A stretch of 64,000 nt of DNA from a virus. Lineage: Duplodnaviria; Caudoviricetes. The first letter of the stretch is position 1; every line of letters starts with the position of its first letter. This document shows, piece after piece, positions 46,233 to 55,157 of this stretch. Position numbers and translations under genes: made by a program. The notes beneath the pieces were generated by a model. It did not search any database. It had not been told where the DNA came from and saw nothing but the letters and a program-made list of their open reading frames with translations. The stretch lies in the IMG/VR virus record IMGVR_UViG_2675903334_000001; one strand, 5' to 3'.

Positions 46233-46688
46233 ATGAGCACCAAGCACACCGAAGACACCCAGGACGTTCTGCACCCCGTTGATCCCCGCAAGGCCCGCGA
46301 GCAGGCCGCCGATCATCTGGGGTTCATGGCCGGTGTGTTGTTCGATCTCGGCGGCGGCGCAACGTGGGAGCTGCCCAATCCCGCGTTTCTTGATACCGAG
46401 CAGCGCAAGCGGTACCGCGACTACCAGCGGGACATGAAAAACCTCGACACCGAGCTGGTCGATCACCCGCTTGTTGAGGGCAAGCAGGTCGAACGCACCA
46501 TCTACCCATATCTCAAGGACGGCAAAGACTTCGACCCCGACGAGCAGCTGTGCATCGCGCTCATGGGCCAGGACACCTACACCAAGTTCCTGGCGGCGGG
46601 CGGTGTGCCCGGCCAGATCGATACGCACTGGAAGCTGATGCAGCGCCAGCTCGAGGAGCGGACAAAGATCGACTCCAAAAGTAATTGA
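46233..46688 (+). CDS. Tail assembly chaperone (gpG-like)
   Basis: Between major tail and TMP. Confidence 0.85.
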   Translation: MSTKHTEDTQDVLHPVDPRKAREQAADHLGFMAGVLFDLGGGATWELPNPAFLDTEQRKRYRDYQRDMKNLDTELVDHPLVEGKQVERTIYPYLKDGKDFDPDEQLCIALMGQDTYTKFLAAGGVPGQIDTHWKLMQRQLEERTKIDSKSN

Positions 46689-47112
46689 GGCAGTAGCGCT
46701 GTGGTGCCGCTGGCCCAATGCGATCGAAGCTGATCTGCGTTTTCGTGGTGTGCGCATCGCCGATTGGCACCAGGGCACCCGTGATGAGCGCGGCGCCCTG
46801 GTCCTGTCCAGCCGTCAACTGCTGGTGCTGATCCACCAGCTGCCCGAAGACTCGGAGTTCAAAACCCATGCGCCACCGCCGTTTGGGCGTGACGGCGACT
46901 GGACGGTCATGCAGAAGATCACCGCCGAAACGCACAACGAGCTGGCCGCCTACCGCGCCAGCAAGTACGCCGGCACCCCGCACGAGTACATGTACACCAA
47001 GTACTCATCGCCGCTGCAATCGCGCAGGCAGCACGAACTTGATTGCGCTGAAACCGAATTCGTCGAGTCGGCGCGCGATGAGTTGCTCGATGACGTGTTC
47101 GGCGATCAATGA
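46678..47112 (+). CDS. Tail assembly chaperone extension (gpGT-like) reached by programmed frameshift
   Basis: Frame +1 relative to gpG, open 46639-47112, no SD; candidate shift site TCC AAA AGT. Confidence 0.7.
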   Translation, partial: KVIEAVALWCRWPNAIEADLRFRGVRIADWHQGTRDERGALVLSSRQLLVLIHQLPEDSEFKTHAPPPFGRDGDWTVMQKITAETHNELAAYRASKYAGTPHEYMYTKYSSPLQSRRQHELDCAETEFVESARDELLDDVFGDQ

Positions 47113-47126
47113 ACTGGAGGTGAGTG

Positions 47127-50100
47127 ATGTCCGTCGAGATCCCTATCGGTGCCGCCGCTGATCACCGGTCGTGGAAGCGGGTCGCTGATGATGCCACCCG
47201 CACGTTCGGCAACGCGGGCAAGGACGCCGGCCGCGAGTTCGCCAACGCTCTCTCGGGCAGCTCCAAAGAGGTTGAGCAGTCCCTTAAGCGCATGGGCGAT
47301 AGGGCATCGGATGCCTACGACAAGGCATCCGATGCTGTGGGTCGACTCAAATCCGAAGAGGCGCAGCTGCAGCGTCTACGCGACAGCGACGCCGACGGCG
47401 CCCGCGTTATCCGCCAGGCCGAGAAGGTGGAAACCGCCCGCCGCGCCGAATCACGCGCAGTGCGCGACGCCACAGCGGCATACAAGGAGTACCAACAGGC
47501 GGCCGACGAGGCTAGCCGCCGCAACAACACGAATGTCACCGGCGGGATGCGTGCCCAGGCCGGCCAGGCCGCCCAGCTTGGCCGTGACATGGCTGACGGG
47601 TTTTCGGGCGGGTTCGTCAGCGGCGTAAGCGGTGCGGCATCGATCGCTCGTCTCGGCGCGGCCGGTGGGCCGATCGGCATGGCCCTGATGGGCCTTGCCG
47701 CCGTGGGCGTTCTTGCGGGCCGTCAGCTGGCCGACGGTATCGCCGATGGCATGGCCCAGCTGCGGGTCGAGGATGTGTTCCGCACCCGCATGGGTATCGA
47801 CCCCGCCACCATGAGCAAGCTCAGCGACGCGGCAGGTAGCGCGTGGGCCAAGGGATTCGGGCAGTCAGCGCAAGAGAACCTCTCGATCCTCGACCTCGGG
47901 TTCCAGGCACGGTTGATCGGCGCCAACACCAACGAACAGGATGCCCGCAAGTTCGTCGAGCGGATGGCGACCACGCAGTCGGTCACCGGAGAGGACCCGC
48001 GCTCCCTGGCCCTGGGTGCGCGCGGTTTGGTGTCCGGCGGCATGGTCAAAAGCTATGTCGACGCCTTCGATCTGATCATCGCCGCCCAGCAAAAGGGCCT
48101 CAACCTCTCGGGCGACATGATGGACACCCTCAATGAGTACGCCATCAACTTCAAAAACCTCGGACTATCCGGGTCTGAAACCCTCGGCCTGATCAACCAG
48201 ATGTTCGAAGCCAACATCCGCAACACCGATCTGGCCGCTGATTCGTTGCGCGAGTTCGCGATCAGCGCCAACGACGGCTCCACCACCACCCGGGCGGCAT
48301 TCAAGGCTCTCGGATTCGACTCGGAGGCCATGTCGAAGTCGTTCGCCGCGGGCGGCCAAGAGGCCAAGAGTGCGTTTGACGCCATCCTGGTCGCGATGGC
48401 GGCGATCGAGGATCCGCAGCAGCGCACCAACATCGGTCTGGCACTGTTCAAGACGCGATGGGAAGAGGCCAACACCGCGATTGCGGCCATGGACCTCAAG
48501 AAGGCCGGTGAGCAGTTCGAGGACATCACAGGTAAGACCGACAAGGCCTCTGAAGCGCTGGGGGAGCACGCCAACGGGTGGACCAAGCTCGGCGACACCA
48601 TCTCCAATGAGATAGACCGCATCGGCAAGAAGCTCGCCGACTCCGGTCTGGGTCGCTGGATCGGCCAGGGCCTTCCCGGCTGGATCTCTGACCGGCTCAC
48701 CGAGAACGATTTCGACAAGCAGGTCCAACGCGGCAACGTCAACTTCGATGAGCGTCTTGCTCAGTCCCCGTTCAAGACTGGGGCACCGATGCCCGCGTCG
48801 GGAACCCCGGCATGGAATGAGCTGCTCGATCTGGCGAGTACCGGCCGCATCCCGGGCATTTCGGCGCGCGACGGCAAGATCACCGATGCTGGCGGCAACC
48901 CGATCCCGGAGTTCAACCCGCCCGCCGAACCGGCCCCCAACTTCTACAAGGACTGGTACCCGGGCGCCGCCGCGGTCCGTGGCATCGGTCCCGGGATGCC
49001 GTTCGAGGAGGCCAAGAAGCAGGTCGAGGCCGCCGACAAGGGCGACAAAACCAAGGCGCCGATCGACCCGAAGCTGTGGTCGGTGCAATCCCTTCCGGTT
49101 TCTATGCCGCCGGGATTGGCCGCCGCGCCCCCCGGTGTCCCTGGGGCGCTGGTGCCCTCGCCCAAGGGCGGTGCCGGTCTGGGGCGCTACGAGGTTGACC
49201 CGATGCGCGTGTATGACGCTGAGTCGTCGGCCATTCGCGCCAAGAACTCCCTGGAGCAGGACCGCATTGCGCTGATCCGCCTGGAGCAGCAGGGCACCGC
49301 CGATCAGGATGGGTTGCTGCGCGCACGCAATCAGGTCGCCGACGCCGAGCGTTCCTATGTCTCGGCGCAGATGAAACTGGCCGAGGCCCAGCAAGGTACA
49401 TGGAAAAAGATGGAAGGTTCGGCCAAGGATCTTTCCGATGGCATGGGGCAGATCGGCGCCGCCCTCGACAAGGACTTCGGGATCTCCAAGGGCCTGCCCG
49501 GCATGGCAGAGAACCTCGTGAAGTTCCTGGCCAACATGGCCGCCGCACCGCTACTGGGGCAACTCGGTGCGATCAGCGCCGTCAACCCGTCCAAGGGCGG
49601 CTACGGCGCGATGGGCATCCTGGCCGCCCAAGGCGCGTTCGGGCCGCAGTACACCGGTGTGGCGCCGTCGGCCGGATCTGCCGGAGGCGGCGGATACGCA
49701 GCGCGCGGCGGGTACGCGCCGTACCCGGGCGATGCGGCGCTGATGTCGAACGTCAAGGCGGGCAGGTATGTATCGGAGGCCGGCGTCGGTGATCTCACGC
49801 GGGGGATAGGCGATTGCTCCAGCGCCGTCGAGGATCTGGTCGACATCCTCGATGGTCGCCCCACGTCGGGCCGCAACCTCTCGACGGGCAATGCCGCCGA
49901 ATGGTTGACGGGGCGCGGCTTCCTGCCGGGTATGGGCGGGGATGGTGACTTCCGCGTCGGGTTCAACCCCGCGCATATGCAAGCGACGTTGCCTGGCGGC
50001 ACCAACATCAACTGGGGTAGCGACGCCTCGGCCGCCCAGCGCGGTATGGATGGCAGCCAGGGCGCTTACGATCCGGCGTTTACCTCGCACTACTACCGGC

Positions 50101-50828
50101 CCGCAGGCAGCGGGGGCGCACCGGCACCGGCTGTGGCGTCATCACCCGCCTCGGGCGCACCCTCCCCGGCTGCCGGTTTGACCGTTACAGGCAACCCGGC
50201 CTTGGGCGGATACGACCCGGTAATGAGTGACCCGGCGCTGACCAATCCCGGTCTGACTACGGGCATGCCGGCAGCTGGCGGCGGCTGGGGTGGCGGCACC
50301 GGGCCCGCGCAAGCCTGGAGCCCGTCCTCAACGCGCATCGGCGGGGTGGAACCGGCGACCGGCAGCGGTGCGGGCGGGATCGGCATCACCCCCGGCGGAA
50401 CGATCGATACCGCAATCGGGATGGCCGCAAGCGTGGGCGACATGTTCGCCCCCGGTGCCGGGCAAGCGGCGCAGACCGGAATCAAGCTGGCCAACAGGGC
50501 AATCCAGTTCGGCGCCCAGGCCGCCGGCATCGGCGTGCAGGGCGCCATGGACACGTTCTTGCCCACGGGCGGCTCGGAGCTGGCCAACAAGAGTTGGGTG
50601 AGCAAGATTCTCGGCGGCGTCGCCGGGGCCGCACCGGCGATACCGAACGTGGCAGGAAAGGCCAGCGCGCCACCGAACCCGAACCAGGGCGACCCGAACG
50701 CACAAGGCGGGCAAGGCAAAGCGGGGGACACGCACATCAGCGTCACCAACAACCGCGCCACCGAGGACGGCACCGGACGCGATATCGCTTTCCATCAGCA
50801 GGCCCGCAACTCTGGGCCGGGGATGTGA
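47127..50828 (+). CDS. Tape measure protein with embedded NlpC/P60-like motif
   Basis: 1233 aa Ala/Gly-rich, longest ORF; GDCSS...AHMQAT. Confidence 0.93.
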   Translation: MSVEIPIGAAADHRSWKRVADDATRTFGNAGKDAGREFANALSGSSKEVEQSLKRMGDRASDAYDKASDAVGRLKSEEAQLQRLRDSDADGARVIRQAEKVETARRAESRAVRDATAAYKEYQQAADEASRRNNTNVTGGMRAQAGQAAQLGRDMADGFSGGFVSGVSGAASIARLGAAGGPIGMALMGLAAVGVLAGRQLADGIADGMAQLRVEDVFRTRMGIDPATMSKLSDAAGSAWAKGFGQSAQENLSILDLGFQARLIGANTNEQDARKFVERMATTQSVTGEDPRSLALGARGLVSGGMVKSYVDAFDLIIAAQQKGLNLSGDMMDTLNEYAINFKNLGLSGSETLGLINQMFEANIRNTDLAADSLREFAISANDGSTTTRAAFKALGFDSEAMSKSFAAGGQEAKSAFDAILVAMAAIEDPQQRTNIGLALFKTRWEEANTAIAAMDLKKAGEQFEDITGKTDKASEALGEHANGWTKLGDTISNEIDRIGKKLADSGLGRWIGQGLPGWISDRLTENDFDKQVQRGNVNFDERLAQSPFKTGAPMPASGTPAWNELLDLASTGRIPGISARDGKITDAGGNPIPEFNPPAEPAPNFYKDWYPGAAAVRGIGPGMPFEEAKKQVEAADKGDKTKAPIDPKLWSVQSLPVSMPPGLAAAPPGVPGALVPSPKGGAGLGRYEVDPMRVYDAESSAIRAKNSLEQDRIALIRLEQQGTADQDGLLRARNQVADAERSYVSAQMKLAEAQQGTWKKMEGSAKDLSDGMGQIGAALDKDFGISKGLPGMAENLVKFLANMAAAPLLGQLGAISAVNPSKGGYGAMGILAAQGAFGPQYTGVAPSAGSAGGGGYAARGGYAPYPGDAALMSNVKAGRYVSEAGVGDLTRGIGDCSSAVEDLVDILDGRPTSGRNLSTGNAAEWLTGRGFLPGMGGDGDFRVGFNPAHMQATLPGGTNINWGSDASAAQRGMDGSQGAYDPAFTSHYYRPAGSGGAPAPAVASSPASGAPSPAAGLTVTGNPALGGYDPVMSDPALTNPGLTTGMPAAGGGWGGGTGPAQAWSPSSTRIGGVEPATGSGAGGIGITPGGTIDTAIGMAASVGDMFAPGAGQAAQTGIKLANRAIQFGAQAAGIGVQGAMDTFLPTGGSELANKSWVSKILGGVAGAAPAIPNVAGKASAPPNPNQGDPNAQGGQGKAGDTHISVTNNRATEDGTGRDIAFHQQARNSGPGM

Positions 50829-52555
50829 GCGTGACAATCCGCTATCCGGCCAACCCGGTTACCCCGCACGGCTGGTATCACCTCGTCAACGGTGAAAAAC
50901 CGATGATGCGCCTGACCGCGTATGACGGGTCGGTCGAGATGTTCATGCTCGGCGGCTACGCAATACCCGACCCGCACCTGGCGCCCGAAGCGGTGCATGT
51001 CGTCGACCTCGAGGGCTTGATCGCGCCGTGGAAGCACGTCACCCAGAAGGGCGCCACCGAAGACGGTGTACTGCACGTCGATGCGTTCCTGGATCCGGTC
51101 GAGGTCAAGCTCACCGTCAAATGCCGGGGCCGCAACGCCCGCGCGACGCGCCGGGTGTATCGGCATCTGATCGATTCCCTCGATGCCATCAAGTGCTCGC
51201 GGTTGGACTTCTTCGACCAGGAGGCCGGCTACTGGTGGGCAGATGTGCGCTGGTTCCAAGGCGGGCAACCCGATCCGGTGTCGGGTATGCGCAAGGGCAC
51301 CGCACAAAAGGCCACGCTGCGGCTACAGGCCGACACCGGCACCTGGAAGAGCTTCGATCACGCCGACGCGTTCACCTTCACCTACGACGCGATGACCGAC
51401 ACCTTCGCTGTTGATCACCGAGACACCAAGAACCTCGGGAACGTTCCGCAGCACTACAGCGGCACCGGCGGGGGCTACTGCACCGCCAACGGCGATCAGA
51501 TGATCTGGGTCGATGACCCCGACGATCTGCTGCTGACCACCTCACGGCGGGTCATCAACGGGCCCTGGCCCGATTTCGACACCGACACCGACAACCAGGT
51601 CATCTCCCAAGTACACGGCGGTTTTCAGGAATGGTCGCTGCCCGATTCGGCGCGCAACATTTTGGGCGGCCGCATGAACCGCAACCCCGATGGCAGCTGG
51701 GCCGGCGACGGGGTGTTCGTCGAGTACGGCGCGGGATATCTGCGCCTGTACTACACGATCAATTTCGTTGAGACCACGCTGCGTGTGTGGCCGCTGGCGA
51801 TGGTGATCCCGCCGATGCTGGGGGAGAAGTTCACGCTGGTGTGCGGCTACACCGGCAATCTGCGCACGTTCAAATTCCTGCGCAACGGATTAGAGATCCT
51901 GTCGGTCACCGAACCGGGCACCGGCTCACCACTAGGGCCCGATCACCGAGGCATCGGCAACGGTGCGTTCGCCGCCTCGGCGGTGCTCACCCAGGCCACC
52001 CCCGCCCCGATCCGCAAGATTTCCGCGGGCGATAACGCCGAGATCGCACAAACCGGTTTCCTCAAGCGCATCAACATCGGCGATCAGGACATGTACGACG
52101 ACTACACCCTGTTTGGGCCGTTCACGAAGGTCAAGATCTACGACGGGCCCGGCTCGGGCGAGTACGTCGAGTTCGGTCCGCTACTGCCCAATCAGGTGGT
52201 GTTGTTGCGCACCGATCCGCGCGTGCACACCACCCTCGTGCAAGACCTGACCTCGGTGCCGCCCTCACCACAGGAACTCGACATCTTCCAGGACGCCATC
52301 GACAAGTTCATGAGTTTTGCCGGGATGAACGGCTCGGCGTTCGCCGAACAAATCGAATCACTGTTCGGCATCCGGGCCCCACAAGGCCCGCTGTACAAGT
52401 ACCTCACGGGGCGTTTCTCGAAAAACGCTGCGATACCGGCGAAGTCACCAGGCAACCCGGCGCAGCCGTATTTCGTGAAGGTCTCGATCGAGGGCGGCAA
52501 CGCCGACTCCAAGATCATCGCCTCGGGCACCCCGCGACGGAGATACCCGCTCTAA
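50825..52555 (+). CDS. Minor tail protein (distal tail-like)
   Basis: GTG overlapping TMP stop; first gene after TMP. Confidence 0.85.
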   Translation: MSVTIRYPANPVTPHGWYHLVNGEKPMMRLTAYDGSVEMFMLGGYAIPDPHLAPEAVHVVDLEGLIAPWKHVTQKGATEDGVLHVDAFLDPVEVKLTVKCRGRNARATRRVYRHLIDSLDAIKCSRLDFFDQEAGYWWADVRWFQGGQPDPVSGMRKGTAQKATLRLQADTGTWKSFDHADAFTFTYDAMTDTFAVDHRDTKNLGNVPQHYSGTGGGYCTANGDQMIWVDDPDDLLLTTSRRVINGPWPDFDTDTDNQVISQVHGGFQEWSLPDSARNILGGRMNRNPDGSWAGDGVFVEYGAGYLRLYYTINFVETTLRVWPLAMVIPPMLGEKFTLVCGYTGNLRTFKFLRNGLEILSVTEPGTGSPLGPDHRGIGNGAFAASAVLTQATPAPIRKISAGDNAEIAQTGFLKRINIGDQDMYDDYTLFGPFTKVKIYDGPGSGEYVEFGPLLPNQVVLLRTDPRVHTTLVQDLTSVPPSPQELDIFQDAIDKFMSFAGMNGSAFAEQIESLFGIRAPQGPLYKYLTGRFSKNAAIPAKSPGNPAQPYFVKVSIEGGNADSKIIASGTPRRRYPL

Positions 52556-52595
52556 TGCGTCATGGCTTGCGCCCCTGCGATCCAGGGGCCATCTC

Positions 52596-54302
52596 GTGAT
52601 GGGTCTATCCGACGAGCAGCTCTGGGAAGCGGCCAAACGCTCGGGCGATATCGCGCGCATCGCCGCCACCGCGCGAGCCTTGACCGAGAAAAAGTCCAAG
52701 GTAGACACCAGCTATCGGTTCACCGTCTGCGACAAGATGTGGACCCCGATGGCCTCGGTGGGCTCAGATCTCATCGAGGGCACGGGCGCCAAGCCCCGTA
52801 ACGATTGCCCCACCGGAAAGCTGACCCTCAAGGGCAGCTCACCGCTGATTCAGATGTTCATGGACTGCCGCAAAACCCTGGTCGGTGTCGAGATGGAAAC
52901 CGCCGGGGGCCGCACCAACTTTTACACCAAGGTCCACCGCTACCGCTACGAACGCGGCACGTGGACGGGAAACGTTGAGATGCGCGGTATTTGGGACATC
53001 CTCAACTATTACGTCATCTGGCCGACATGGTGGCTTCCGTTGGCGGCCCAGCCCGTTTCGCATGCGATCTTCATGTGGGCACTGCAGACCTGCGTGGAGA
53101 ACATGGTCGCCGAGTGCGCCATGCGCATCCAGTCCGGCTGGCTGGAATTCGTCAACAACGGCCTCTCGCTGAACGGCGATACCCGGGCATGGTTCGGCAC
53201 CATCTTGCAGGCCCTCAAGCGCGACGGGCTCACGCCGCAGACATTCGGGCGGATGCTGCGCACCCCCACCTACGTCACGCGCACCAACCCTTTCCTGGAC
53301 ACATCACCGATGTGCGCCAAGACCGTTCGCATGGAAACCTGCGGCACGGTCATCAAGGATGTCACCCGCGCCTACGGCGTCGACACCCGCATGGACCTGT
53401 TCCGGCCGGGCGACCCGCAGCCGGACAAGTGGGCCAACCTGGATTCACCGACCTACGTGTTTTCCACCCGGGACCGCCAACAAATCTCTGGCCCCACCAA
53501 GACCGTCGCCGATTCGGTCATCAAGACCGTCATCGACCTGGGTGGATCCCTTGGCGGGATTTTCGCCCCGGTCATCAAGCAGGTGCCGGGCATGGATGGG
53601 GTGTTCTACGCCCCCACGCTCGGTGTGGATTTCGAGCAGCCCTACGCCTACATCGTGGCCCCCGAAGAGGGCGAAGACTCCAATATCATCAGCGCCGAGA
53701 TCGCCGATCACACCCCCGAGGGCTGGCAGCACATCATCGGAGGGCGTAGCCCAAAGTGGCTGAACGACTTGATGAATGCCACGTTTGCGTGGTTGATCGA
53801 TTCGCTGATGATCGTGGTGGGGTTCTCCGGGATCCCCTCGGATCTGCTCTCGGGGTTCCTGAACAACAGCTTCTTGGCGTTCCAGCTGGTGCAGGTGTAC
53901 GAGGTCCGCGACGAGGTGGGCCCGTTCCATCCGGCGATCGAGCGGTTCTATCCCACCGCGAGTGCCCCGTACAACATCGAAACCATGTTTGCGTTCATCA
54001 ACGCGATCTTCGATGCCCAAGGCGCGACCACGGCGCAGGTCACGTTCCGTAACGGTGACCAATACGCCTTGGACAGAGACATTTTCGAGGGTGGCTTGAT
54101 GTCGCTGGTGTATCACCGCCGCACCAAGATGGTCACCGACTACATCGAAAACACCATGTGGCGCATCACTGCTACTGAGCAGACGCTGCTGGTGCAGCTC
54201 GGCGATGGCCGCCGCGACGAAGCCCCGCTGGGCAGGATCCAGCGCTTCATTACCGGCGCCTTCGAAGCCATCAACGTCATCACCCTGGCCCCCCAGTCCT
54301 GA
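52596..54302 (+). CDS. Minor tail protein (tail hub/Gp37-like)
   Basis: 568 aa, second gene after TMP. Confidence 0.85.
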   Translation: MMGLSDEQLWEAAKRSGDIARIAATARALTEKKSKVDTSYRFTVCDKMWTPMASVGSDLIEGTGAKPRNDCPTGKLTLKGSSPLIQMFMDCRKTLVGVEMETAGGRTNFYTKVHRYRYERGTWTGNVEMRGIWDILNYYVIWPTWWLPLAAQPVSHAIFMWALQTCVENMVAECAMRIQSGWLEFVNNGLSLNGDTRAWFGTILQALKRDGLTPQTFGRMLRTPTYVTRTNPFLDTSPMCAKTVRMETCGTVIKDVTRAYGVDTRMDLFRPGDPQPDKWANLDSPTYVFSTRDRQQISGPTKTVADSVIKTVIDLGGSLGGIFAPVIKQVPGMDGVFYAPTLGVDFEQPYAYIVAPEEGEDSNIISAEIADHTPEGWQHIIGGRSPKWLNDLMNATFAWLIDSLMIVVGFSGIPSDLLSGFLNNSFLAFQLVQVYEVRDEVGPFHPAIERFYPTASAPYNIETMFAFINAIFDAQGATTAQVTFRNGDQYALDRDIFEGGLMSLVYHRRTKMVTDYIENTMWRITATEQTLLVQLGDGRRDEAPLGRIQRFITGAFEAINVITLAPQS

Positions 54303-54317
54303 CCGGAGGTATCTCAT

Positions 54318-55157
54318 ATGGCTTGGCCGATAGTCGATTTCAACGGTGCCCGCTACTACCAGGGCCAGGGAATCACCCTGGTTCCTGTCGATGGCACCGG
54401 TGTGGCGCATGTGCTGTTGCGCGAAGACGGCGGCATCGTCGGCGGTGTCTCGGCCGTCGAACAGGGCCCACCCGGACAACCCGCGGGCTTGGACCCTGCT
54501 ATCGCGCTCACCCCACTGGCGTTCGGGGACACGACGCCGGATTCGGCGTTCTTCGAACTCATCTCGCCACCGACTTCCACCGCGCCCGGGGTGTGGAAGA
54601 TGCACCTGGCGCTGCACGTGGGCAAGGACGGCGAACCGGGCACGATGGTGTGGAACCCGGCTGATCTGTCAGCGACCCCAAAGGCGGGGTGGCTCCCGGC
54701 GGTCGAGGCCGGCGCCGATGGTTTCGAGCTTGTCCCGTACAAGCTGCCCGAGGTGTTCTATCCCGGATCGATCAGCAATATCGGCTCGGGCAATGTCAAC
54801 GCCACCCACGCGCAGATCAACATCCCGGCCCGGCCGTGGGCCAGGCGCATCCGTGCGCAGGGCTTCACCGTCATCACCGGTGAAGCCGCTGATGTGCGGG
54901 TGAACCTGCTGGCGCGGCTCAATGGTGAGGCCGACGGCAACATCGTGGGCCGCTGCGTCGGCATCGCCCAAGTTGATCGGCTGGCGTTCTCGCCCGGCAA
55001 GCCCATCCAAGAGGGCACCTCCGCGGACGGGTACGACACCATCGCCGCAGGCGCTTCGGCGACCGTGCACATCCGCTGTGAACGCCAAGCAGGCTCCAGC
55101 ACCTACACCGCTGCCGCGGCGATGGCTCACTTCAACGTCGAGGCGTGGCCGCTGTGA
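54318..55157 (+). CDS. Minor tail protein
   Basis: GGAGG SD, tail cluster. Confidence 0.8.
   Translation: MAWPIVDFNGARYYQGQGITLVPVDGTGVAHVLLREDGGIVGGVSAVEQGPPGQPAGLDPAIALTPLAFGDTTPDSAFFELISPPTSTAPGVWKMHLALHVGKDGEPGTMVWNPADLSATPKAGWLPAVEAGADGFELVPYKLPEVFYPGSISNIGSGNVNATHAQINIPARPWARRIRAQGFTVITGEAADVRVNLLARLNGEADGNIVGRCVGIAQVDRLAFSPGKPIQEGTSADGYDTIAAGASATVHIRCERQAGSSTYTAAAAMAHFNVEAWPL

Noticed and set aside
52555-52599. 14-codon bridge ORF (MRHGLRPCDPGAIS) overlapping the upstream stop and downstream start
   Set aside because: Could be a coupling device or a remnant N-terminus, but the downstream gene has its own SD-like CAGGGG, so it is too weak to call
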